A stretch of DNA of 64,000 nt from an uncultured Chroococcidiopsis sp. (GTDB taxonomy: Bacteria; Cyanobacteriota; Cyanobacteriia; Cyanobacteriales; Chroococcidiopsidaceae), in NCBI GenBank assembly GCA_964248365.1, contig CAXTYC010000001.1, forward strand, positions 96,001 to 160,000, written 5' to 3'. Below, one piece after another: positions 19,733 through 29,755 of the stretch (the stretch's first letter is position 1; every line of letters starts with the position of its first letter). The notes beneath the pieces are model-generated. The model had not been told where the DNA came from. It did not search any database and saw only the letters and a program-made list of their open reading frames with translations. Position numbers and translations under genes: made by a program.

Positions 19733-20476
19733 ATGACCCACGAAGAGCATAAGCTAGAGGAACAACTAGTTAGCAAAGCAGCAGAAATTACACTGTCTAG
19801 TCAGCTAGATGCAGCAGAGAAAATTGACGTAGATGTGCAAACTAATTTGTCAGAGGCAATTCAAGGAAACGCAGAAGAAGTAGTGATCTCTGGAGAAGGA
19901 TTGGTAATGCAAAAAGATATCCGTGTGCAAGAAATGGAACTGCATACGGATAAAGTTGATATCAATCCTTTGAGCGTTTTATTTGGGAAAGTTGAACTAA
20001 ATCAACCAATTGATGCCAATGGTCGAATTGTACTCACCGAACCAGATATTAACCGCGCTCTTAACTGTGATTACGTCTTGAGTAAGGCGCAAAAATTTGA
20101 TTTAGATGTAGAAGGTCAAACTGTAACAATGGCAATGCAGCAGATGGAATTAAAATTACCAGATGGTGACAAAATGGTATTTAGTGCTAAAGCTCTGCTG
20201 CACGAAATGGGTAAAACTCGGCGAATTGGTTTTACTGCCATTATGTACCCACGTAATAGGCAGCAACCATTACGGGTTGAAGGTTTCAACTGCCACGACG
20301 GACAGACTATTTCCCTAGAATTTGCTGCCGCATTAATGCAGAAGCTCAAAGAATTAACCCACTTACCTTATATTGAGATGGAGCAAATGAGGATACGTGT
20401 TGAGGAAATGGAGGTGCAAACTGGCACTATTACAATACAAGTACAAGCTCATATAAACCAACTTCCTTCTTCCTAA
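19733..20476 (+). CDS. DUF2993 / LmeA-like lipid-binding protein
   Basis: GEGLVMQKDIRVQEMEL, LTEPDINRALN; AGAGG RBS. Confidence 0.8.
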   Translation: MTHEEHKLEEQLVSKAAEITLSSQLDAAEKIDVDVQTNLSEAIQGNAEEVVISGEGLVMQKDIRVQEMELHTDKVDINPLSVLFGKVELNQPIDANGRIVLTEPDINRALNCDYVLSKAQKFDLDVEGQTVTMAMQQMELKLPDGDKMVFSAKALLHEMGKTRRIGFTAIMYPRNRQQPLRVEGFNCHDGQTISLEFAAALMQKLKELTHLPYIEMEQMRIRVEEMEVQTGTITIQVQAHINQLPSS

Positions 20477-20718
20477 AAACAGCCGCTTATTGTTGGGAGG
20501 GAAAAGGGAAAAGGGAAAAGGTAAATACGACAAGTTTAACTTTTAACTTAATACTATTACCCTTAGCAGCAAAAGAGACGAGTGCAAAAGGTCTATTAAA
20601 AAAATTCTCGTTAACGACAGGTGGTGGAGAAAAAATTTTAAAAAAATTCTCGTTCTCAGGTACTCAGCCTGGGAACGAGAGCAAGTGGAGGAATCAATTT
20701 AATGCCTTTTGCGCGTCG

Positions 20719-20895
20719 TTACTTAGAGAAATTCCAATTATTCCCTAAATACTTTTCTGAATGATGCCCATTATTGCGTAAAGCGGTGCGATACAGATTA
20801 ATCAAAGTGGGTGAGTAGCGAAACCAAGTAGCTAGTATGGCTACGAAAGAAACTGAGATAAAGCTGAAGGTGAAGAATTGTTCTAGGGGTGACAT
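20719..20895 (-). CDS. Possible small single-TM protein
   Basis: MSPLEQFFTFSFISVSFVAILATWF hydrophobic segment; ORF evidence only. Confidence 0.35.
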   Translation of the reverse strand: MSPLEQFFTFSFISVSFVAILATWFRYSPTLINLYRTALRNNGHHSEKYLGNNWNFSK

Positions 20896-21106
20896 AAGGC
20901 TTTCCAAAAGTAGAGGCAATTATTAGAAAAATCTTAAGAACTGAGTTGATCTTAGTTTTTATGCCTTATAGTATCGTCAGTATAACCACGGTTTTTTTCC
21001 GCTTAGAAAAGCTGTTGTTTAAGCATTTTTCCTGAGATTAGTATTTCCTAACGGGTTTTAAGTATTTGTAATTTCTACCCAATCAGAAGTTGTGGCGATC
21101 GCGCCT

Positions 21107-21295
21107 TCATCTGGTATAATTACCCTCCCCATAAAGCTCTTTGCTTCTACTATGTTGGGAAGAGTCATCCAATTGCGACAGAGGAAAAAGTTCCCACGAG
21201 GGCTTTAAGTGTGGAGGGTGTCCGGTTACTGATGAGTGTGTTGCGATTAGCTCCCCTTGTTCGCTCAATAGCACAAAAGCATATACCATTAGCAT
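21107..21295 (-). CDS. Possible small hypothetical protein divergent from cruF
   Basis: 62-aa ORF with protein-like composition (MVYAFVLLSEQGELIA); no function recognised. Confidence 0.4.
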   Translation of the reverse strand: MLMVYAFVLLSEQGELIATHSSVTGHPPHLKPSWELFPLSQLDDSSQHSRSKELYGEGNYTR

Positions 21296-21668
21296 AAAGC
21301 TTCACACAATTGCTCCATCGGGCAAGTGGATATTGGCTGACCTAATTAGACTCAATAGAGTAGTGCTGGCAGTAGTAGCAGAAAATTTCAGACAAACAGT
21401 GCCTTTTTTGCAACAGTGTGATGAAAACAGGAAAATTTTTGGTATGATTTACAAAAATTAATATGGTTTAACTTGACAAATAATCACGCTGACAAGTTAA
21501 AGACGTAAGTTACTAGTGCCATATATCTAAGTGTCTGTGGAGAATCACTTGCAACAACAAAGAGTTTAGCCAATAACAGGCAATACAATAAAAATCGCCG
21601 CAAAACTCAAATGATACTAGGCGTTTGGCAGCCGCTTTTAGTGTGTCAAATTCAATTAAGGAATTCTC

Positions 21669-22583
21669 ATGAAGCAACTTGTTAGAGCTGAGCGCTTGTG
21701 CTTGATTGGTCATATTGCGTCAAAAGCTTTTGGACTGGCAGGGTTGTTGCTAGTCGTTCCTCATGCTGATGTGATTTTAAATTTATTTGCGGCTGGGCAA
21801 ACCCTATTCCAGTGGAGTGTTGAAAAATCAATGGCTGGGGGTGGAGTGACTGATATCCTGTTTGGAACAGTAGCAGTATCCATATATGCCTACCGGACGT
21901 TGGGACTAAAACCCTGGCTAGGATTTATGCTGCCAGCTATGTTGATCTCGTTAGGAAGTGAATTATTGGGAACCAGTAGTGGCTTTCCATTTGGTGACTA
22001 TAGTTACCTGAGCGGCTTGGGATATAAAATTGCTGGGCTAGTACCTTTTACAATTCCCTTGTCGTGGTTTTATATGGGTTTGTCTTCCTACTTAATTTCT
22101 CGTGTAGCTTTAAATACGATTAAGCCCAACTGGTTGCGCCACATAGGAGCTATACTGCTGGGAGCGATGCTCTTTACTTCTTGGGATTTTGCCCTAGAGC
22201 CAGCTATGAGTCAGACAGCCTTTCCTTTTTGGTATTGGCATCAACCAGGAGCTTTCTTTGGCACACCGTATCAAAACTATGCTGGTTGGTTTGGTACTAG
22301 CGCCCTATTTATGAGTGTGGCAGCACTTTTGTGGGGCAATCTGCCACTGAAATTAGAGCGATCGCAACTAAGTATACCTCTAGTAGTTTATTTGAGTAAC
22401 ATTGCCTTCGCAGGTGGGATCAGCTTGGCTTCAGGATTCTGGCTACCCGTGTCTCTGGGCTTACTATTAGGCGTGGCTCCGATTTTAGTTTTGTGGTGGA
22501 TGGCTCCACCAAGTTCAGGCAACACCGTTGTCGAAGAAGCGAGTGGTATTGCCGAGCTTCCTGTCGAAGTTGCCTTAAAGTAA
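21669..22583 (+). CDS. cruF: Gamma-carotene 1'-hydroxylase CruF
   Basis: ELLGTSSGFPFGDYSY, VPFTIPLSWF, WDFALEPAM, PYQNYAGW; directly upstream of cruG. Confidence 0.9.
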   Translation: MKQLVRAERLCLIGHIASKAFGLAGLLLVVPHADVILNLFAAGQTLFQWSVEKSMAGGGVTDILFGTVAVSIYAYRTLGLKPWLGFMLPAMLISLGSELLGTSSGFPFGDYSYLSGLGYKIAGLVPFTIPLSWFYMGLSSYLISRVALNTIKPNWLRHIGAILLGAMLFTSWDFALEPAMSQTAFPFWYWHQPGAFFGTPYQNYAGWFGTSALFMSVAALLWGNLPLKLERSQLSIPLVVYLSNIAFAGGISLASGFWLPVSLGLLLGVAPILVLWWMAPPSSGNTVVEEASGIAELPVEVALK

Positions 22584-22601
22584 GCAAAGGCGATTAAAAC
22601 T

Positions 22602-23789
22602 GTGGCTGAATTGATATTAGCGAGTGCGTTCTCTCTAGGACTATTACTAATCCAATTACCAGCAACGGCGATTTTGCTATCGCGCTTGCTCAAAGGTCCT
22701 GGTCGTCATCCTCCGATTAAACCCGCCTCTCCCACTCCAGAACTGTTAGGTAGCGTTAGCGTTGTTGTTCCCACCTTGAATGAGGCACAGCGAATTAGCC
22801 CCTGCTTGGCTCTTTTAAGTCGGCAAAGCTATGAAGTTCGGGAAATCACCATCGTAGACAGCAATTCCCAAGATGGGACACCGGACTTGGTGAAAGCAGC
22901 AGGGCAGCAAGATCCCCGCTTTCGTGTAATTACAGATGATCCCCTACCACCTGGCTGGGTGGGGCGACCTTGGGCTTTGCATAACGGCTTTTTGCATAGC
23001 TCAGAACACAGTGAGTGGTTTCTGGGGATCGATGCAGATACCCAGCCACAGCTGGGGTTAGTTGCTGGTTTAGTCAAGACGGCTGAGGCTGAGGGATATG
23101 ATTTAGTGTCTCTCTCGCCTCAATTTATCCTCAAGTATCCTGGGGAGTGTTGGTTACAACCAGCACTGTTGATGACACTGCTGTATCGATTTGATAGTGC
23201 TGGTGTAGATACTCAGGTAGCAGAACGAGTAATGGCAAATGGGCAATGTTTTTTATGCCGACGCTCTGTTTTAGCTCATGTGGGTGGCTATAGCAGTGCT
23301 GCTCGTTCTTTCTGTGATGATGTCACTTTGGCTCGTAACATCGCCGCTAGTGGGTTCAAGGTAGGATTTTTGGATGGAGCTAAGGTACTAAAGGTACGAA
23401 TGTATGAGGGTGCATGGGAAACTTGGCAGGAATGGGGGCGAAGTCTCGACCTCAAAGATGCCTCTTCTTCTGCCCAACTGTGGGGCGATTTGTGGCTCCT
23501 ACTCTGTGTTCAAGCCCTCCCCCTCCCCATCCTACTCACCTACCTCTTTCTCCCTCAGCTTCCTCAGCCTCCTCAGCTCATCCTATTGGGACTAAATTCA
23601 TTCCTACTAGCGATCCGCTTTGCTCTACTGTTTGCGATCGCGCCGTCTTATGATCGTACTGGGGCGACAGGGGGCTGGTTGTTCTGGCTTTCCCCCCTAG
23701 CCGATTGTTTGGCAGTGCTACGGATTTTCTTGTCTGCTTTTCGTAAGCCTACTCAGTGGCGGGGTCGGAGTTATACTCAGGCAGGTTAA
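22602..23789 (+). CDS. cruG: Carotenoid 2'-O-glycosyltransferase CruG (GT2)
   Basis: VVVPTLNE, DSNSQDGT, GWVGRPWAL, DAD, NGQCFL, CDDV, WRGRSY. Confidence 0.9.
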   Translation: MAELILASAFSLGLLLIQLPATAILLSRLLKGPGRHPPIKPASPTPELLGSVSVVVPTLNEAQRISPCLALLSRQSYEVREITIVDSNSQDGTPDLVKAAGQQDPRFRVITDDPLPPGWVGRPWALHNGFLHSSEHSEWFLGIDADTQPQLGLVAGLVKTAEAEGYDLVSLSPQFILKYPGECWLQPALLMTLLYRFDSAGVDTQVAERVMANGQCFLCRRSVLAHVGGYSSAARSFCDDVTLARNIAASGFKVGFLDGAKVLKVRMYEGAWETWQEWGRSLDLKDASSSAQLWGDLWLLLCVQALPLPILLTYLFLPQLPQPPQLILLGLNSFLLAIRFALLFAIAPSYDRTGATGGWLFWLSPLADCLAVLRIFLSAFRKPTQWRGRSYTQAG

Positions 23790-24672
23790 GGGCATCTGTC
23801 CTTTCTAGTTCCCAGAGAATTTGATTACCTTCGCGGCGCACTCTTGACACAATCCAATTGCGCCAGCGCCACTCATCACCCCGACTGGTGACGGCGCTGG
23901 CGTGGACATCCATCAAGTCAGCTAGTTCTGAACTGGTGATCAAATAACCTTTGGCGGCAATTTCGTCAGCAATGTGGAGAGTTTCGAGCAAATTGCGGAG
24001 TTGAGCCACCCTGATTTCGCGGGGTAATTCTTCGCTAGCAACAGGGGAGGTATTAGGCGCATCCATCATGGTTGTATTTGAGACAGGGTGGCTATTTGGT
24101 GACGACTTGTTAATTATCATATAGCTGCTGTCAAAATCAGCTATTTCTGCTACAGGAAGAGAATTGTTTGACGAGGGGGCTTGATCGCCAATTGTGGGTA
24201 GTTGCTGTTGTAAATGCGGGGTTTTACCGCTAGCAAAGGTACGGGCGATCGCGTCACAGCGTTCGTTACCAAAATTACCTGCATGACCCCGCACGTACTG
24301 CCACTTTATCTGTTTGCTGTTGAGTTGATCTAGAGTTTCCCAGAGTTCTTGGTTGAGGACTGGTTTACCTTCGGCAGTTTTCCAGCCTTTCTTTTTCCAT
24401 CCTTTCACCCATTTGGTAACGCCGTTGATTAGATATTGGCTATCGGTGTAAAGGGTGATGAATTCTTGCTGTCCAGACTCTGCTAAGAATTGTAGGGCAG
24501 CTATAGCTGCTTGCATCTCCATGCGGTTATTGGTGGTTTGGGCTGCGCTACCACCAATTTCGTAAGCTGAGCCGTCGCTGAAGTAGACAACGACACCCCA
24601 GCCGCCAGGACCTGGGTTGCCCGTACAGGCTCCGTCGGTGTATATGCTTTGAATTGTGCGGGGGATAGTCAT
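23749..24672 (-). CDS. rnhA: Ribonuclease HI with cyanobacterial C-terminal extension
   Basis: YTDGACTGNPGPGGWG, TTNNRMEM, TDSQY, VRGHAG, NERCD. Confidence 0.95.
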   Translation of the reverse strand: MTIPRTIQSIYTDGACTGNPGPGGWGVVVYFSDGSAYEIGGSAAQTTNNRMEMQAAIAALQFLAESGQQEFITLYTDSQYLINGVTKWVKGWKKKGWKTAEGKPVLNQELWETLDQLNSKQIKWQYVRGHAGNFGNERCDAIARTFASGKTPHLQQQLPTIGDQAPSSNNSLPVAEIADFDSSYMIINKSSPNSHPVSNTTMMDAPNTSPVASEELPREIRVAQLRNLLETLHIADEIAAKGYLITSSELADLMDVHASAVTSRGDEWRWRNWIVSRVRREGNQILWELERTDALNLPEYNSDPATE

Positions 24673-24703
24673 GGTTAAGAGGAACGAACCGCAAAGACGC
24701 GAG

Positions 24704-24723
24704 CCTGGGGTTTAAACCCCAGG
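24704..24723. repeat. Perfect 20-bp palindrome
   Basis: CCTGGGGTTTAAACCCCAGG, between the helicase-HNH gene and rnhA. Confidence 0.7.
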
Positions 24724-24887
24724 GAAACGCGCTCGTAAGAGGGGAAGAAATAATAAGGGTAGCATAGTTGAGGGGCGATTATCGAAGCGTGAGCGAAGTT
24801 ATCTTGGGAATTTAAAGAAGCGATCGCCGCCTAAAACACTATCAATTTCAGTTGATTGTGCCACTCCTTACTTGTGTTTAATGAAAA

Positions 24888-27467
24888 TTAGACTTTGATG
24901 GGAGCTACAACATCAAAACCAGGCGCATTTATTATGATTGATTCTGGGCTGGAAAATCCAGCTTTTTTGCGCGCCTGTCGAATTTCAATAAATAAGTTTT
25001 TAAGATGTGATACTAGCCAACGCGGATCGTTACCAGCATGAAGGCAAATTTGCCATTGATAACAGTAATTTCGTTGTCCGACTTCAACAGATTTGACTGC
25101 ATCACACCCATAGAATAGATTAACGCTACGGCGAAAAAACTGTTGCCATTGGGCAATCCCATTCATGTAGCATGAATCTGGTAATTCTAATTTAGGTAAT
25201 TTTGATGGTGGAGCATTCAGAGGAGTTTGATGAATGCGGAAGTCAATTGTTTCTGTTCCTTTCAATGTGTTGCAAGTAATACAAAGAGTTTGCAAGTTTT
25301 CATGCGAATGATCCCCGCCGTGATATTTGGGCTTAACATGGTCAATTACTAATAGATTTTTCTTAATTTCTCCGCAACAAAGGCAACGAGATTTATCTCG
25401 TTTTTTAATCTCTGTTTTGACTTGCTCAGATGGCTCAAGTGGAGGAGTCGATTTTGATGTGAAAGTTGAGCCGTTAGATTCTGGAGTTCCGCGTTGACGT
25501 ATGATAGCTAAGAGCCTTTCAACACAAGCATTATACTGTGATTTAAATAACCCATAACTGTGGTAAATAATTTTCCAGTAGCGGTCTGACCGATTGAATT
25601 CTTCTATTAATTTATTATCTTCTTCCGAACGACTCAGATGAGAATCTATAAATCTTTGAGCTACATCATCAAGATTATGTTCTTGCCGTTCTTTAAAGTC
25701 AAACCAATCAGGTGATTCTCTGTCATTCTGTGCCATGTGACAGGTGACGTAAAACAAGTTTGTCAGCAAATCTCCACCTATATGCTGTCCAAAATTGGAA
25801 AAACTACCCTCCTGCAAACTTTCAACACGCTGCTGATGCTGTTTATCAAAGCTGATAGTTGGTTCAACAAATGTTTCTAGCTCTGATTCTTTACAATATT
25901 TAAGGCATTCAATATAATTCTCGTAACTTTCTTTTTCGTTTTCAAACACCATTACTAAACGTTGCACTATCTCAACATTTTCATTTCCCTCTGTCAGCGT
26001 TTCTAACTCAACTCGATACCAGCCTATCGGCATGAGTGTAAGAAATGGAACATCATTAATGTTGAATCCACTATCCATTTGACGGACTAACCGACGCACT
26101 AAATCAATAGAAATTAGTTGCATTGGTAGTGTTTCACCAACCTCACCATTACTATCGTTAATTCCTCCATCTTCTAACTCAAATTCAGCCCAGTTAATTA
26201 ATTGCTGCCAATTATCAATGAAAGAGACAATGTTAGCCTCATCTGTACCACCAAACTTAGAACCGCGTAAGGCTCTGCCAACCATTTGAGTTAGCAGAAT
26301 TTTACTGGTGGTTTGTCTGGTGAGGAAGACAGTATTGACATTAGGTACATCAGTGCCTTCAGTCAGCATCCGCACATTAATTAGTACATCTAACTGGTTG
26401 TTACGAAAAGCCTCTAAAGTTTTTGCATTTTCATCTTTATCTTGCTTATTTATGGCATCAGCACTGCCAGGGTATGCTTCGACGTGAGCGAACATTGTGC
26501 CTACTCTGATTCCTTTTTTCTGTTGTTCTAAAAATCCCCGCAACTGTTCGCATTGAAACCAGCGGTCTGCAAAGATAATTGTTTTTCCATAACGCTCTTT
26601 GTTATCAGCGTAGGTTTTAGCAATGAAGGCGTTACGCTCTTGATTTTCAGCTAATTTAGTGATAATTTCTTCTGGCAATTCTCGAAAGTCTCTCACCCAT
26701 TGTTGATACTTATACTCATCAAATTCAGGAGTAAAAGTTGTGTGAGATGTTTCAAAAATTGGCTTTGCCAGAATTCCATCAGCCATCAATTTTTCGGGAC
26801 TGATTTGGTAGAGAATTTCTTGTGGAAACAGCTTTTTTAACCAACCACGTTTATGCTTGTCTGTATAGGTGGGAGTAGCAGTTAGCCCTAACAAGTACAT
26901 TCCCGAAATGCGATCGCGCAGTTCCATAATGAATCTGCAATAACTAGGTGCTGGTGAGTGGTGCGCCTCATCAAATACAACAAAAAGTTTATTTCCTGCT
27001 GCTTTAATGAACTTCTCAAGCTGAGCAACTTTGTTTTGGTAGGCGCGAGTCACCGTTTGGAGAGTGCAAATCATCACATCATCACTAGCCTGAATGTGAC
27101 AGGGGCGAAAGTGTCCTGTTGTACCAGAAACGACACGCACGTTTAACTGCTGTTTGTTCCTAATTAGCTTGACTTCTGACTCAAGACTTAAAAATGCTTG
27201 ATCGAGCAGATGGTGAGTATGTGCTAGCCACAGCACCTTGTAGCCATTGGAAAGCGGCTCAGTACAGAGGAAACGAACAGCAGTGAAAGTTTTGCCGCCT
27301 CCTGTTGGTAAAACCAAAATGCCGCCAGCGTCAGAATGTTTCGCCTGAAACCATTTATGCAGCTTGTCTAATGCTTGGTACTGGTGGGCGGCTGGATCTT
27401 TCGGCTGTTTCTGTGGCTTTGTTAAGTCGTATGTACGAAAAAAGCCACTTTTTTGTTGCTCAGACAT
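24888..27467 (-). CDS. SF2 (ResIII/DEAH) helicase fused to a C-terminal HNH endonuclease
   Basis: LPTGGGKT, DEAHH, TAT, LTEGTD, QMVGRALR. HNH region CLCCG...DHVKP...GG...NLQTLCITCN. Confidence 0.92.
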   Translation of the reverse strand: MSEQQKSGFFRTYDLTKPQKQPKDPAAHQYQALDKLHKWFQAKHSDAGGILVLPTGGGKTFTAVRFLCTEPLSNGYKVLWLAHTHHLLDQAFLSLESEVKLIRNKQQLNVRVVSGTTGHFRPCHIQASDDVMICTLQTVTRAYQNKVAQLEKFIKAAGNKLFVVFDEAHHSPAPSYCRFIMELRDRISGMYLLGLTATPTYTDKHKRGWLKKLFPQEILYQISPEKLMADGILAKPIFETSHTTFTPEFDEYKYQQWVRDFRELPEEIITKLAENQERNAFIAKTYADNKERYGKTIIFADRWFQCEQLRGFLEQQKKGIRVGTMFAHVEAYPGSADAINKQDKDENAKTLEAFRNNQLDVLINVRMLTEGTDVPNVNTVFLTRQTTSKILLTQMVGRALRGSKFGGTDEANIVSFIDNWQQLINWAEFELEDGGINDSNGEVGETLPMQLISIDLVRRLVRQMDSGFNINDVPFLTLMPIGWYRVELETLTEGNENVEIVQRLVMVFENEKESYENYIECLKYCKESELETFVEPTISFDKQHQQRVESLQEGSFSNFGQHIGGDLLTNLFYVTCHMAQNDRESPDWFDFKERQEHNLDDVAQRFIDSHLSRSEEDNKLIEEFNRSDRYWKIIYHSYGLFKSQYNACVERLLAIIRQRGTPESNGSTFTSKSTPPLEPSEQVKTEIKKRDKSRCLCCGEIKKNLLVIDHVKPKYHGGDHSHENLQTLCITCNTLKGTETIDFRIHQTPLNAPPSKLPKLELPDSCYMNGIAQWQQFFRRSVNLFYGCDAVKSVEVGQRNYCYQWQICLHAGNDPRWLVSHLKNLFIEIRQARKKAGFSSPESIIINAPGFDVVAPIKV

Positions 27468-27614
27468 ATTTTTCTGGACTCCAAATTGCAGAGCGGTTTC
27501 TTTATGTAGTCTCCACTCGCTCTTGTACTTAGAGTTCCCAGAATATAAAGCACATCAACAACAGCTACTAGCCTGTAAACAAGCTAACAGGAAACTATAC
27601 CTCAAACAAAGCGA

Positions 27615-29588
27615 CTAAAGTTGCCTATTATCCCCTTGTCTCCTTGTCTCCTTGTCGGGTTGTCTCTTATCTCCTGTCTCTTGATTAGAACTGGGAGTTG
27701 CCATAACTCTAGGCTGAGTCGGCGGCATCCGGTCAAGTGAGATAATTGTACTCATGATTGACTTGGCAACTGGGGCAGCGACGGTGGAACCGAAAATTAA
27801 TTCTCCTTTCTTCCTTGGCTTCGGCTCGTCTACTACAACTAATACTACATATCGTGGGGATTCTACTGGCAGGATGCCAACAAAACTGGTAATGTAGGCA
27901 TCTTTATAGTAGCCACCCTTGGAACTAGCCTTTTGTGCCGTGCCAGTTTTTCCAGCTATGCGATAGCCAGAAATTTCTGCTGTTTTGCCTGAACCCTGCT
28001 TTACCACCGTTTCCATCATATCTAGCACGGTCTTTGTTGTCTGTGGCGAGAAGATCTGACGCGGTGCTGGTAGTGTGGGTTGTGAGTCAGGCTGACCTTT
28101 AGCGTCGAATAAGCCTCGTACTACATGAGGCGTGACGAGTTTACCGCCATTGGCTATAGCTGCGTGTAGTTGTACCAGTTGGATGGGCGTGAGAGAAAAT
28201 CCTTGCCCAAAGGATGCCGTTGCTGATTCTATGGGGTAAGTGACAAACTGCTTTTGACTTTTAATTTGACTTTTTGCCTCGAAAGGCAAATCTATATTTA
28301 CAGATTGCCCTAGTCCTAGCTTTTTCAACCAACTATAGTATTCGGCAGGTTGTAGTCTTTGCATGACTTGCACCATACCTACATTGCTAGAGCGTTGTAG
28401 AATCTGAGCTATAGAAAGCTGTGCTGGTTTATTGTGTTCAGCATTTGTGATGACTCGATCGCCTACTTTGATCATGCCAGGATCGGGGAATGTGGCAGTG
28501 GGTGTAATTGCTTTTGTTTCCAGTGCGATCGCTACGTTTAAAGGCTTGAATGTCGAACCTGGTTCATAAAGGTCTGACAATGCCCAATTTCTAAATAATC
28601 CCACCTTATACTTATAGTACTCATTCGGGTCAAAGGATGGTTCATCTGCCATAGCGAGTATGGAACCATCTTGCACATCCATCACAATTACGCTGCCACG
28701 CTTTGCCTGGAATTGTTGTAATTGCTGCTTGAGGGCTAAAGAGGCGGTTCGCTGTAGGCGACTGTCAAGAGTTAATTGTAACCGCAGGTCGTCAACATGG
28801 ACAAATCCCTTGGGTACGTAATAACTAATTATCCTTTTGTTGTTTGTTTGTCGTAACTGGGTTATTTTAATTGGGCGTTCCAGCCATTTCTGTTGGCTAA
28901 ACTCCACACCCGCCTGACCATGACGTTCAGTATCCACATAACCGACCACATCTGCAACTAAGTTGTGTTGAGGGTAGAAGCGAGAGTAGTGTTGCTCCCA
29001 TTCTAAGCAGTTGAGTTGCAATTGCTTGATAGAATTGGCAGTCTCCTCTGGGAGCGCCGAGCCAATTTTGATGCGTTTATCACTGGAGTTAAGTTGTTTT
29101 AGCAGTTCCTCGCGTGAACGATTGAGATAGTCAGCCAACTTGTATGCCTTGTTTTTATTCTCTTGGGCTTCTTTCTCTTTTTTGGTTGCTTGAAACACTT
29201 TGGGATAGGCGTACAGCGTAAAAATTGGTCGATCCATTGCTAATACACTGTTATTGCGATCCACAATTGGACGGCGAGGATTTAAGCTTCGTAAAGAAAC
29301 CATCTGCCTATTTTGTGCTTCCTTTAGTAGAGAGGAAGATTTAAGTACTTGCAGATCGTACAACTTCACAGCCATTGCCACACTAGCTACCACCAGCACA
29401 CCCCAAACACACAGTAGCCGAAATAAGGGCAATGGTGAGCCAGTTGACTGCCCCAGAGGTGGAATAGCCCCTTTTTGGCGACGACGCTGTGCCTGGGATG
29501 GTGTGTTTATCCGGCTAGCTGAGGCACGTCGTTTGCGATTAACACCAGAGGACGGAGGAACCGGAGTAGGCATCTTGAGATTTATCAA
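27615..29588 (-). CDS. ftsI: Class B penicillin-binding protein FtsI
   Basis: EPGSTFK, SSN and KTGT motifs, single N-terminal TM helix; follows an ftsL-like gene. Confidence 0.88.
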   Translation of the reverse strand: MINLKMPTPVPPSSGVNRKRRASASRINTPSQAQRRRQKGAIPPLGQSTGSPLPLFRLLCVWGVLVVASVAMAVKLYDLQVLKSSSLLKEAQNRQMVSLRSLNPRRPIVDRNNSVLAMDRPIFTLYAYPKVFQATKKEKEAQENKNKAYKLADYLNRSREELLKQLNSSDKRIKIGSALPEETANSIKQLQLNCLEWEQHYSRFYPQHNLVADVVGYVDTERHGQAGVEFSQQKWLERPIKITQLRQTNNKRIISYYVPKGFVHVDDLRLQLTLDSRLQRTASLALKQQLQQFQAKRGSVIVMDVQDGSILAMADEPSFDPNEYYKYKVGLFRNWALSDLYEPGSTFKPLNVAIALETKAITPTATFPDPGMIKVGDRVITNAEHNKPAQLSIAQILQRSSNVGMVQVMQRLQPAEYYSWLKKLGLGQSVNIDLPFEAKSQIKSQKQFVTYPIESATASFGQGFSLTPIQLVQLHAAIANGGKLVTPHVVRGLFDAKGQPDSQPTLPAPRQIFSPQTTKTVLDMMETVVKQGSGKTAEISGYRIAGKTGTAQKASSKGGYYKDAYITSFVGILPVESPRYVVLVVVDEPKPRKKGELIFGSTVAAPVAKSIMSTIISLDRMPPTQPRVMATPSSNQETGDKRQPDKETRRQGDNRQL

Positions 29589-29755
29589 GTGTGAAGGATG
29601 AAGTTATAAGGATGAAGTGTAAAGGATGAAGTGTGAAGTGTGAAGTGTGAAGTGTGAAGTATGAAGTATGAAATTTAATCTTTTTGCCTTTAGCCTTCAA
29701 CCTTCATCCTTTAACCTTTCCCTTTCCCCTTTTCCCTTTTCCCTTTTCCCTTTCT
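29589..29755. repeat. STRR heptamer tracts (GTGTGAA, TTCCCTT)
   Basis: Tandem GTGTGAA at 29631-29658 and CCCTTTT runs. Similar tracts near 30331-30368, 42090-42220, 55490-55625, 56022-56155 and 60366-60575. Confidence 0.85.

Noticed and set aside
21141..21713. ORFs 21141-21461 (+) and 21513-21713 (-)
   Set aside because: No motifs; they overlap the cruF promoter and start, or a more plausible opposite-strand ORF.
23749..23789. 41-bp convergent overlap of cruG and rnhA
   Set aside because: Short tail-to-tail overlaps are common, and both genes look intact.
29589..29755. Tandem repeats as a CRISPR array
   Set aside because: The units are 7-bp STRRs without unique spacers.
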